Shown here piece after piece: positions 50,041 to 62,185 of a stretch of DNA of 64,000 nt (the first letter of the stretch is position 1; each line of letters begins with the position of its first letter). Under the pieces are notes generated by a model, which saw only the letters and a list, made by a program, of their open reading frames with translations, searched no databases and was not told where the DNA came from. Position numbers and translations under genes: made by a program. Source of the stretch: Auanema rhodensis. Taxonomy: Eukaryota; Animalia; Nematoda. The DNA is taken from assembly GCA_964057225.1 (NCBI GenBank), contig OZ059898.1:15686001-15750000 (forward strand), given 5' to 3'.

Positions 50041-52161
50041 TTAAGAAGATGCTTCGACATTTTCTTTCTTGGATGATTCGTCAGCTTCGATGTTTTTGTT
50101 ATTATCATCCTGAAGCCCATATTATTATTAATGAAAACACAGATCGAAGCACACCTTTTGATGTTCCTGGCTTTTGTCTTCAACAACATCACCAGCTACA
50201 GAATTATCATCGTTAGCTTTTTTCTCATCATCTCTCTTGACATTTCTATTGCCAAAATTATTTTTACCACCGCGGTGAACACCACCAAAACCTCGACCAC
50301 GACCCATGAAGCGATTATCAACACCATACTAAAATTACAGCATGACAACATTAAATATAGTCTAAACAAACCGGCATTGGAGCAAAGGGCATGGGGAACG
50401 GTTGGTAAAAAGCATTGGCATCAAGCCATGTGTTTTTAAATCGTTCATCTTGGGGAACATTCATAAGGTGAGGTGGAGGGGGATGTGGAGGAGGAATGAA
50501 TGGAGGTCCGCGAGAAAACAAAACAGAAGGTTGACCTTAAATAATAATAATTGAAGTATATTATTGCTTTCTTTCTTACCTTGGAACATAGCAGGGTTCA
50601 TATTAGAAACAACAGGATGGCCCATTCCTCCTCGCCCATTGGTCATTCCAGCTCTGCCCCTAAACCCTCCTCGATTTTGAGCATCATTCATACCGTTTTG
50701 AGGATATCGGTTATTCTGTAACAACTGAATAACAAAAGCTAAATACTAATCACTATACGTCGATATCTCTTGGCCGATTTTCCCTGTTGTCCATTCCTCG
50801 GAAGCCAGCTCGTCCTCCTCTTCCACGGATAGAACCACGGTTACGACCATTTTGTTCGAAGCGCTCACGTTCATTTTTTTCCCCATTAATTACTCTGATG
50901 ACGAAATAGTTAATAAAAACATATCACAAAAACGCATACTGCTCAACGCGCTCCTTGTGAACTTGAGCTTTTCTCAGCCTCTCATCCCAAGTTAATTCTC
51001 GAGTATCTTCCCTAGGACGACGATCACGGTCATGTTTCTTATTACGTCCAGCATCGTCCTACAATCTCATATTTGAGGTACAATATGCATCATCAATAAT
51101 ATAAAAAAATATAATAAAATGAAAACTAACAAATGAAATACGTACTTGTTGGCCAAGACCTGGCCACTGCTGCGAATGTAGGATAGGTTTAGTATCCCAC
51201 GGAGTCATGTCACGATGTGCCTTAATCACAACACTCAGCAAAAGCTTAATGTTAAATTCGGCTCACCTTATAATTATCATGAAGTCCCATACTATTAAAT
51301 TGATCAGTGAAATTAGAAGAGAACATGCCCAAATCTTCTCGTTGCAGATTTCCATACTGAAAAATAGTAATGTTTTTAATTAATAATATTAACAAACCTC
51401 AGGTTCATCCTTGAGATCAGGTGGAATGCTAGAAGTGCTGCTAACCCAGCTTGCGGTATACGCAGCAGCAGTTTGAGCGGGGTTTTCTAGAATAGATAGA
51501 CTAGCTGAAAATAGAAATATAATTTTTGATGTTATACTTCAAAAATTCACCATGGAAAGTGTTATCTCCATTCTCTCGCTTAATAATTGGAGGAGGACGA
51601 TTCATATTCGGAGGGGGGGCGCCTGGGTTAAAAGCTGGACCTCTAACAGCTTCTCGTTGATCAGTCCCAGCGTATGTTCCATACACTTGCTGCTGTCCAG
51701 CATAACCAGCAGTATTTTGATAAGCGGGTTGTTGGCTCCATTGAGCAGTAGGCTGAACCAAGAAAAATAAATACAGCTAAAGAAAAATTAAAACCTGAGC
51801 ATGGCTGTAAGGGGTACCAGTAGCATATCGAGTTCGGTAATAATCACCGTCCCCCATAGGTTCAGCATATTGAACAGGGTTGTACTGAGTACTATAAGCA
51901 TTTTTCTCGGCATAGGCGTTGACATCACCATGGAATTGAACAGGGTAATGAACAGCCTTTAATGAAAATAATAAAGAAAATGACATATATTTTAAAGTAC
52001 TTGTGGTTGAGGCTGAGTCCATGTTCCCACGTTATTACTTCCCGTGGTTTGATAACCAGCATAACCAGCTTGCTGATACATTACTTGCTGCACATTCGGA
52101 TCTTTAAAAAGCAAAAAAATTTACTGATATAAATTCACCAAAAACCTTGATTTGTAGACAT
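50041..52161 (-). CDS. Unidentified low-complexity protein (Q/Y/G-rich N-terminus, RGG/RG repeats, Pro-rich stretch, charged tail)
   Basis: About 12 GT-AG exons join in frame: MSTNQ/DPNVQQVMYQQAGYAGYQ.../RGSIRGRGGRAGFRG/RGGFRGRAGMTNGRGG/MGRGRGFGGVHRGG/...NVEASS*. No family recognised. Confidence 0.8.
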
Positions 52162-52259
52162 GGTGGTTTACTTGAAAATATCAAGTAAAAGCTATCACAA
52201 AAATACCTTCCAATCACGAGCCACCACTCGTACCGAAAGGAGGTTACCTAAATAGACCT

Positions 52260-52670
52260 GATAGAAATAGAACTTGGAACAACGTTCGAGCAAAGGAGAA
52301 AGGATTGATTTCTAATGAGAAATAGGAAATATTATAAACTATGCAACTAGTTTAAATATTCGTTTCAGAATTTCATGAATGAAAGAAAATTTTTTTTTAT
52401 TCTACTGAGGTTGTATTTTTCAATAAATTTTCATATCTTATTAATAAATAAAATTGAAAATAACTGTAAAAGATCAAAATTCAAATCCAAGGGGGCGTGG
52501 CTTATATAACGCATTTTTGCACAACCGTGCGGCATATTGCATTCTATCGTAACGTTATAGATTAACAGGCGTTTCGTCTCGAGACTATTATAAATTGCAT
52601 TCATTTCATCTACCCTGACCGGCAGGCAGAATTTCCTGATTTCCTGAAGAACCCGCGAAATTTCAGAATT
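52260..52670. promoter_or_regulatory. Bidirectional promoter region with an Sp/KLF-type GC box (GGGGGCGTGGC near 52491)
   Basis: About 500 bp between divergent starts at 52161 (-) and 52676 (+), with a CpG-richer patch in AT-rich flanks. Confidence 0.55.
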
Positions 52671-52675
52671 TGGAT

Positions 52676-55600
52676 ATGGGTAAGATATTTGAATTCATAC
52701 TTCAAAGAAAGCTGTATTTTTTATTTTAATTTGGAAAAATGACTTTTAAATTTTTTTTCAAACTTTCTAAAATATATATGACCAAGGGCAACATTGAAAG
52801 CTTCAGATGATGGCGGAAACAGTAATGAAAGGAACTTTGTTGATCGTCCTGGCCCATCAAGGCTTGTTCGTGAAGTTGTAAATGGAGATGATGAATTTGC
52901 AAACACAAAACTTAGGCGGACAAGTTATAATTCTCACAGAAATGAACAGAGCCAAGAAGTTCATGTTCGCGTGCTTCATAAAACAAATTTCATACTGATA
53001 TTTAGGTTGCCGGTTCAACTGAGGAAGATGAGATCCAAATTATACAGGACTCATCAGCCATTGTACAAAGGGTACGAAAATTAATCTGAATAAACGAAAT
53101 AAGATAAAGAACTTAATGCATTTGTTTAATTTCCAGGATGCAAATGGGGAAATGTTTGTGTTAATGGATGAAGTTGAGGGAAACGGTTGAGCTTGAAATC
53201 TATATCTGAAGTATTATAATTTTCATTTAGATATGTCTGTGGAATATGTCGAAGATGACGCATTAGATCCGATTCATTACTCCACAATAAGATCAAACAT
53301 AGAAGCTGTTTTTCCTAGGCGCCCCTATGCGGAATTTCCACAAGGTTTGCTTTCAAAAAATGTACGAAAGTAACTAGTTTTACAGGTCTGAAAGCTCGAA
53401 AGAATCGACAATATGGTAATTGTAAATGTCCCGAATGTGGTGCTTCTTTTGTAAATACTGCACGGTTAGAAAGACATTTGTCTGTTCACCAGGTGAGATT
53501 CCTTAAAGTATCTTCAAGATAATTGTTCGATTTACAGGTGTTTGGATCATTTTTGTGTCCACTGTGCGCGAAAACTTATAAATATGAATATAATTTGTTT
53601 TATCATTGGAGGAAGACCTGTAAAGATCTTGATGACTTAATACCTGCTCCTCAAAGAAATGTATTTTTTGGATTGTTCATATTCAATCAGACTGATTCTT
53701 TGCAGGTGATGGATGTTTCAACCCTTAGGCAACTAGTAGATGAAGTAGTTAAAAAAAAGGCAGATTTTGGACCTGTTGATATTGGGATATCTCGTTCTGT
53801 ACTTTTTCAATCTGGTCCCCTCTCTCGGTTAGAAATGCCTTCCAATCCCCTCGGTATAGATATTATTTGTTAGCCTATTCATTAAGATATTTTTAGGTAG
53901 GCGAGGTAGTGCTTGTAGAGCATGTGGTATAGTTGTGTATACAAATCATATGCCAAAGCATCTTGGTCTTCATCAAGGTGATGGAAACCCTGACGATAGA
54001 TCAGTAACGGGTGGATATATCTGTGATTTGTGCGGAATTGCATTTCGGTAATTTTTCTTTTAATATTAGTTAAGCCATATTTTATTCTAGTCAACATCGA
54101 AATCTTTTAAAACATTGGAGATGTGGCTGTCCTGAGATACAAGCCAATATTTTGGAAAATGCTACTTTATTAACGGATGATGAGCTGCGACATACTGTGT
54201 CAGATTTGTTGAAGAGAGCTGTAACTATTCAAATAGATAGATTAGCTCAACCTAAGCGTAAATTGATTTTCTTATTTATTTACTAAATCATGGAGAATTT
54301 TAGAAGATTTTGGCGAGGGTGGAAGTATTTCAAGAGATGGCGGTGGGGGTGATGATTCTAATGTGAGCTTGTTCTTACTGATTTTAGTTCAACTACTTTT
54401 TTTAGAGAATAATTCTAGATAGAGGCTTCGATGATAATGGTGTTGTTGATGTTAGCCAAAGGCAAGGCGGTTGGGATTCTACTGATCAAGTAGGAACTTT
54501 TTGTTTCATACAGTTATAAGTTAAATTTTTTCAGTCTATTGTTTTTGCCGATGATTTCGGGGACGATGTTGATGGAGTTCTGGATAACTCAGCGTCTTTA
54601 TTAGGTCAAGAAAGTAGAGAAAAGTGGAGAGTCGGAATACCCGGAAGTGCTGGTCTTCAATGCCCAGAATGCTTCAGGTAATGAGTTATTTTCCTTTTTC
54701 TGTTTATTCGACATATATAGATCTTTTGCTAATGTGGGTCGCCTTGAACGACATATTGCTGGATTTCATGCGTCGTTTGGGTCTCATCACTGTGTATTAT
54801 GCGGCAATAGGTAGTCTTCATTTTATACCTAATATTTCTATTATACATTTTTAGGTTCAAATATGATTATAACCTTCTTTATCATTATCGACGTAGCTGT
54901 CCCTATACAAAAACGTTTATTCAGCCCGAAATTAGAGAAAATGTGAGCTTTACTTTTGATTTCTTTTCATAAATATATGAACACGTTGTTTTGGGAGTTT
55001 CCCTTTAAGTAGTTAATTAAATTTTTTCTAATTACGCATGTAACCGGTTATTCACTGTTTAAATTCCTATCTTAGCATAGTGTGACTATTACTGGCATGT
55101 AAGTAAATATATCATGATGATCTTTGAAAGAATTCGGCCTTTTTAAAAATGTTTCAATCTAATTATATACTATACAGGTTGATGCTACATCTCTACGAAG
55201 AGCTGTACGAAACTTAGCCCAAAAAGAAGTGAAACTAACTCCCCAGGTAAAACCGGAGGTAATAAGTTTTTTCAGATCATGACTTTACCATTGTTTTTTA
55301 TAGACATTAAGATTAATACGAGAACGACATCCAAAAGGCAATGATTCCAAAATTAGAAAAGAAATGTTAAAATATCCCAGTCATGGAGGCCCTCCACCAC
55401 CGCAATTGTTAACACCTCGTCATGGTGTACCGGGAGCTGAAGCTTGTCCCGTTTGTGGTATGACACGTTAGTTTAATCCTTATCATTTCATGATTTAAGG
55501 TGTTTTCTTCTACGGGAAAAAATCTTTAGATAGGCACGTGCATAATGCACATGGAATTGAACCATCTGAATCACTTGCCCAGAATGCAGACATCCAAATA

Positions 55601-56336
55601 GTAGCAGACGAAAGAGCTTATGGTAGCAAATATCTGTTTACTAGTTTCTCATTATAAATTTAAGATCGTCGAGAAGAGTATTTGGTAGAATACTTAGAGG
55701 AGCATGAAGAAGAAGATGTATTAGAACCCCCACCACAACTAGAAAGACAAGAACCTGTACAGGTTGATTATTATTTTGGCAAAATATTTTCATGTTTCAT
55801 TACAGTCGCCAAGAAGGGAAATTGAAAACACAATTATATTTTTGGATTCCCATGGTAATCCTAACATGGACCTCGATGAAGCTAATGCATCTGCATTATC
55901 CCAAATGTTTGAAACAGGTGAAGTGAATGTTGGAGATAGGGTTACGGTTAGAAATCAAGGCGTTAGTTAAAACTATATTTTTTGAGATATTCTGTTCTGT
56001 TTTAGTTACTTATTCAATTCAATGTTATTTCGTTTATTACGAACAAAAAACCATGGACTGTTACAATAGTTAAGGAAGCAGCCATCCCTGTTTCATTAGA
56101 GGGTACCTTCGATTAACCGAGTTCTTTCTGCTAATTCATGTTTTTTCAGAAGAAGCTATGTATGCTGAGGAGCTAATGAGTAGTAATCAAGACAATGTAA
56201 GTTGATTGTCCTGTTTTCCAAATTCTAAATGTTCCTTCTATTAAAGGTCGATGGGCATGTAGAATTTGGCAGTGCCATATTAGAAGGAGAAGTAGCTGAA
56301 GCTCTTCATGAAATGAAAGCAGACAAAATGGAATAA
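52676..56336 (+). CDS. Zinc-finger protein with 7 fingers (three C2H2+C2HC pairs and one C2H2)
   Basis: ATG G|AT split start; CPECGASFVNTARLERHLSVH, CPLCAKTYKYEYNLFYHWRKTC, CRAC..HLGLH, CDLC..HWRCGC, CPECFRSFANVGRLERHIAGFH, CVLC..HYRRSC, CPVC..HVHNAH; acidic C-terminus. Confidence 0.88.
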
Positions 56337-56678
56337 ACTAACAGAGAAAACATATCAAACTGTGTTAGATACTCGTTCCTAACATTCTACTCTTAAATCT
56401 CTTGTATTTTGTTCAAGTATTTTACCAATTTTGTTGTTTATTAAGTATTAAATTCATAATTCCTCAAGTTTTGCGGTTTTGGCAATGTCACTTTCACTCA
56501 TATTTCAATATAGATTTATATTTAATATGTATTGTACAATCATCTTCATTGCTTGATCTCATTATAAAACTTCTATCAGTTCAAAGATTTTTCGTTCTTC
56601 GTTTAGTATGTTTTATCTCTAGTCACCCTACCTATCTATCATGAACTTCCCGGTTTCACCTACATATAGTTATTCAGG

Positions 56679-57161
56679 ATGCAAGAGAATGATATGTCAC
56701 AAGAACATAATGAGCAAGAAGATAGCGGAACTCATAGCATCCCAATAGCAAGAATCAAAAATCTCATATTTACTGTCAGTGATGTTCTAGCGCCATCGCC
56801 CGACGGATTGTTCGCTTTTGCGAAAGCTTGTGTAAGTTTAAGACAATATGTGCTACGCCGTGTAGGCCATCTTATCGGAAAATCTAACATACGATACACC
56901 TTTCGATTGAGTTGATAAGATTTTGAATATAGGAACTATTCATCGATGAATTAGTCAGAGGAATTCATTCTCAATATGGTAATAACATTGATTATGATGA
57001 GGTTGCTTCGTTCATATCAGAAAATGAAGATTTATGTTTTCTTCATGGTAAGACGATTTGTATAAATTATGTCGTTCATTTAAATATTTTTAGAATTTTT
57101 CCCACGTTCTATGACCTTCGAGGCTGCTGTTCAAAAAGTTAAAGAGAAGAACTCTGAGTAA
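56679..57161 (+). CDS. Histone-fold protein, CHRAC1/CHRAC15-like (NF-YC/DPB3 class)
   Basis: IPIARIKNLI...DGLFAFAKAC|ELFIDELVR...IDYDEVASFISENEDLCFLH|EFFPRSM matches the CHRAC1-type histone fold. Confidence 0.8.
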
Positions 57162-57600
57162 TTTTATCTTCATGACCTGTACAGTCGCTTTCTTGTTTAT
57201 TTTTTTTCGTGCTATTCTGTAACGATTGTGTTATCTTGTGCGCGTAAAACACACTTTTAACTACAACGTCGTCGTATTCTTATCAGCTTGGAGTATTTTT
57301 CGTTGTGCTTCTATTCACTTTTTGTATTCAGTAATCACTTTTGTTTCTTGTTATATACTTCGCATTAATTTATTTTTGCTTTATACCACATTTAATGGTA
57401 AACCAGTCTGACCTTCATAATCTCACCTCATAAACTCGAGTGTAGTCTCGTTCTTGTTTTCATTGATTAAAATACTTCATTCCATTCTCATCTGTCTTGT
57501 TCGGGTTGGAGGCCTCTATATTTTATTTATTACGCGCATTTTTCTTTATAGTTTGCAGTCACTATTCTTCCTTTCTCTATATAAGTTTTCTTCAGTAAGA

Positions 57601-58132
57601 ATGAGCTTAACCCTTAGCAGAACCGAGGTTGCTTCCCATAACAACAGCAAATCTTGTTGGATCGTTATTGGAAATAAAGTTTACGATGTTTCCAAATTCC
57701 TAGATGAAGTAATTGATTTATAAACTTGAAATTTACTCAGCATTTGTTTCTAGCATCCAGGAGGATGTGAAGTTCTTCTCGAACAAGCTGGCAAAGACGC
57801 CACGGAGGCTTTTGAAGACATTGGTCATTCCTCAGATGCTCGTAGTATGAAAGATGATTACTTCGTCGGTGATTTAGTAAAGGTACACTAAATTTTTGTT
57901 CATTAATAAATCTTAAATTCTTTTTCTTGCATAGGAGGATCATCAATTGTACAGCTACGATAAAAGACACCGCAGCTCATCTTCCGGAGATAATAAACAA
58001 AGGTAATTTTAGAAAATTATTCTAAATTCATTTGTTTTATATTCCAGAAATCAAGCAAGTCCCTTGGATGGAATGATCATGCCCCTCTTTGTCGCTGTTA
58101 TTGTAGGACTTCTTTATTATCTTCTTGCCTAA
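57601..58132 (+). CDS. cytb-5.1: Cytochrome b5, tail-anchored
   Basis: [46 protein letters not shown] and a C-terminal transmembrane helix. Confidence 0.95.
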
Positions 58133-58321
58133 GAATAGTTTTTAACCGTTAATTAAACACTCTTTTTATAATATACATATATTTGTCTTCGTGTGATACA
58201 GTTACGGCTTACAGTAAATGTGATAATTGATCTTTTCTTATTTTTCCTTTTCTCTTTGGTTTAACCCAAACTTATGTGATAATCAACTTCATAAATTTTC
58301 AAATTTCCTTCGTTTTCAAGA

Positions 58322-61300
58322 ATGGAGCTCTCTGAAGATAATAAGGAAAATGTGAAAGGAACTGAAATCAGTCCCATATCTGAAAAAAGTTAGAGTTTAT
58401 ATTATATATTTCATTGAAATGTCTTTTAGATATCATTAAGTCAAATGTTGTTTGGCATTATGAACGATCAAAGGGTGACTGGGTTTATTACACTGAAGAT
58501 ATCATTGAAAAATTAAATAAGTTTGTATCGAAAAACATATTTGCTAATAATTAGTGGTTCTAGTGCTAAAGAAGATGATGTAGTTTCTGTTAATGTAGAG
58601 GAAGCAGATTTAGACATAGATATGAAAACTATGAAGCAAATTAATATGATATCTTCGTTCCGTAGAAGTGTTCGATGTTGCGTTCAAACTGATAACGATG
58701 GTTCGCACATTGTTCCAGATATTTCTAAACGATTCCATTTAGAATGCATTCTTTGGGAAGCTATGAGGGGCAGAATGTATGTTCCTTTACCACGATCTCT
58801 TCAAGTTGAATTCGAGAAGCAAAAGGTTCGCTTCATTTGAAATAGTGGATATGTTTGTTCTAATTTATAGTCTGATGGACAGGAAACTTTCAAAATTAAT
58901 TACGCTGATGACGAGTGGGAAGTGAACCTGTTAGACATGGAGATGAAGAACCAGAAGGGAACTAGAAAGGTGATCGACAACTTTAGGGATATCTGTAGTT
59001 TGTTTTTTTCAGAAGTTGAGACGCCAAGAATGTACAGCAGAAAGTGCGATTTCCGCAGTCCCAACTGTTACTGCAGTTCGGACGAGAGGCTTAACAAAGC
59101 GGTCTCTGAAAAGTGTAGAATATAAAACTGAAGTCAAAGAAGAGATTGTAAGTTTTACTTTTGAAAAAAGATATTCGAAAATGATTTAGGATGATGATGA
59201 ATATGAGGAAGCACCTGCTAAAAAAGGAAAGAAAAGTGCTGGAGATGTCAAGCCTTCGAAGAGCTCGAAGAAAAGTAGGACTGTCTTCACTCCTTCCTCA
59301 ATTTGTTAAATTCATCGTTCAGGCATTAAGAGCAATTCTGACTTTTATAAAAGTACTAAGAGAGTTGTGCTTGTAAAGGGTAGAGCTCCAGTTGATCCTG
59401 AATGCACTGAGAAAGTTTCTGTTGCTCATGTTCTCGACGAAGGGAACACTGTGTGGGATGCTATGCTTAACCAAACTAACATTTCTCAAAATAACAATAA
59501 ATTCTACATACTACAACTTCTAGAAGATGATAAAGCGAAGAGTTATAGGTTTGTTGAGCTCATTTTTCAAAATTAGCTATTCATCATTTTCAGTGTCTGG
59601 TTCCGTTGGGGAAGAGTTGGATATCGAGGTCAAAGTAATCTGCAAAATTTTGGGGAATGCTTGGATGAAGCTAAAAAATGTTTCTGCAAAAAATTCCGCG
59701 ATAAGACATACAATGATTGGTCTGAAAGGCATGAATTTGAGAGGGTTCCTGGAAAATATACATTGATCGAAGTAACTAAACTATTGTTGCTTCTTAACAT
59801 ATCATTGTTCTAGATGGACTATAAGCTTAATGACAAAAAGGAAGAAAATGATTCAGAGGTCAAGAAAGAAGAAGATGATGGAGAAGACGATACTGGGAGC
59901 TATGTAAGTTTCCTATTCAAGTTAGAGGGGATGCTTACATCGAATTTCATAAATATTTTGTTTTGTTAGTTCTGCGCTAGTTATTTTTTCAAACACCTTT
60001 TTTGTTAATTGTGTTTCATTTAGGAGGAGTCAAAACTTGATGAAAGAGTTCGAAGTTTCATGGCTTTATTATGTAATCGTCAAACTATGGAAGAAGCAGC
60101 TATGGAAATGGAGTATGACTCTGCTAAAGCTCCTTTAGGCAAGGCCCTTATCTAAAGTTATAGTAATAATTTTATTATAGGAAAGCTAACTGAAACTCAA
60201 ATCGAGGAAGGTTATCGTCTACTTGCTGATATTGAAAAGTTCATAGCGGATAAGAAATTCGGCCGCGAATTCCTAGATGCTGTGAATGAATATTATACGA
60301 AAATTCCTCATAATTTCGGGTTTGATTATCAGTTTCTTCAGTTAGTACTGTACAGTTTATAGTTTCCGTCAACCTCCACTGATAAAAACCAATGATATGT
60401 TGAAAAAGGAAAATGAATTGCTTGAATTCTTGCAAGAAATTGAAATTGCTATTCGTATTCTTGGAAGTGGAAAGAAGAAGGGAGACAGGTTCGTTTTAAC
60501 CACACTCACTGAATTATCTTCCGTGCTTGTAGGCGTGATCCTGTGGACCGTTATTATGATAATATGAACTGTGACATCACTGCAGTTGAAGAAGGAGACG
60601 AAGAATACAAGGTATGGTTTCTCATTATAATTATCTTTGTGCAAATTGTGTATTTCAGATGGTTGAAAAGTACTTGAAAACAAATCATGCCTCTACTCAT
60701 ATGTATTCTATGAATATCGTTAATATCTTCAAAGTCAAAAAAGATGAAGAAGAAGAGAAGTTTAAAACTGATATTGGCAACAGGTATTGGTACATTTCTA
60801 CTGTATAATATTTAATTCTATTAGAATGCTCCTTTGGCACGGGTCTCGTCTTACTAACTTTTATGGTATTTTATCCAAAGGACTTCGTATTGCTCCACCT
60901 GAAGCTCCTACTTGCGGTATCACTTGATTTAATAATATATTTAATAAAACTTATATTCTTAGGTTATATGTTCGGAAAAGGTATTTACTTTGCTGATATG
61001 GCCAGTAAGTCTGGAAACTATTGTTATCCAGCTTCTGGAAAGCCGGGAGTTTTGCTTTTATCTGAGGTTCAATTTCATTTTTATAAAATGTTTTGACATA
61101 ATTTTTAGGTTGCTCTCGGAAACCCTAGAACTCTTCGGGACGCCGATTACCAAGCTAATAAGCTTCCCAAAGGCACCCATAGTACCTTTGGTGAAGGTCG
61201 CACCATTCCCAAAAAGGAACAACATGCTACTTTGTAAATCACTATAAAGATATCAAAGAATTAATTTTTTTTCAGGGATGATGGACTTGTTGTTCCTTGC

Positions 61301-61420
61301 GGTAAACCAGTTAAACGTGAAGATGATGGAAATTATTCTTTGCTCTACAACGAATACGTTGTATACGATACTGCTCAGGTTAAAATGAAATATGTCGTTG
61401 AAGTTGAGTTTGATATGTAA
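58322..61420 (+). CDS. parp-2: PARP2-type poly(ADP-ribose) polymerase (WWE-WWE-WGR-regulatory-catalytic)
   Basis: [84 protein letters not shown]; the H-Y-E triad is intact. Confidence 0.93.
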
Positions 61421-62185
61421 TGATGTTTTACTTGTGAATGCTCTAACTCAGTTTGATCAGATACTCATAGTTGTTCTCATTTAATTCCTTAATCTCGATA
61501 AACAACGTGTAATTTTCTTTTTTATCGTAATAAAGTTTCAATTGTTCAACATCTTAGTAGGAGACAGCCCGCTGTGCTCATAAGTTGATATTGTGTTCGT
61601 TTATTGTCAAAAAAAACAAAGCAGTTATATGATTATGAACTATACTGTTTACGCCTGATTAGAAGGTTGGTATAATTGGATTTTCTATAATCTTTCACAA
61701 TTCGGGCCGTGATGGTCATCATGGTAGTGCGCCGCAATATTACTAATAACCTTTTAAGGAATCCTCAATCCTTTTTGTCGAATACATCACTTGTGTTGAT
61801 CAAACAGTTTAATTTATATTTAATCAGAGAAGACGAATATTTCGCACTTGTGGTTCTTAAGAAGTGATCTCTCTTTTTCTATATAATAATCTATTTCGTC
61901 GTACACTGCAACAGTTGGCTCTTGCTTCTCTCATACTTGCTTGAACCATTGTATTCCGTGAAGCTTTATCCTACGTTCTTTATTGATTTCTCATCATTTT
62001 TGTTATATTTTCATAGCCATTGTTTTGATTATATCACTCAGTTTGAACTTTAAAAGAACTTCATTTCAGCTTAGTTCTTTCTCTTTTGGCGTTGTGATGG
62101 TTGTGCTCGCTTTTTGTTAAAGTTGTTTTTGTGATTGTGGCCAGCCTGTTTGTCTCTGTGATACTTCTCAGTTCCATTATACAGA

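Noticed and set aside
61705-61735. tRNA-His-like start GCCGTGATGGTC
   Set aside because: No anticodon arm, T-arm (GTTCRA) or acceptor 3' strand follows.
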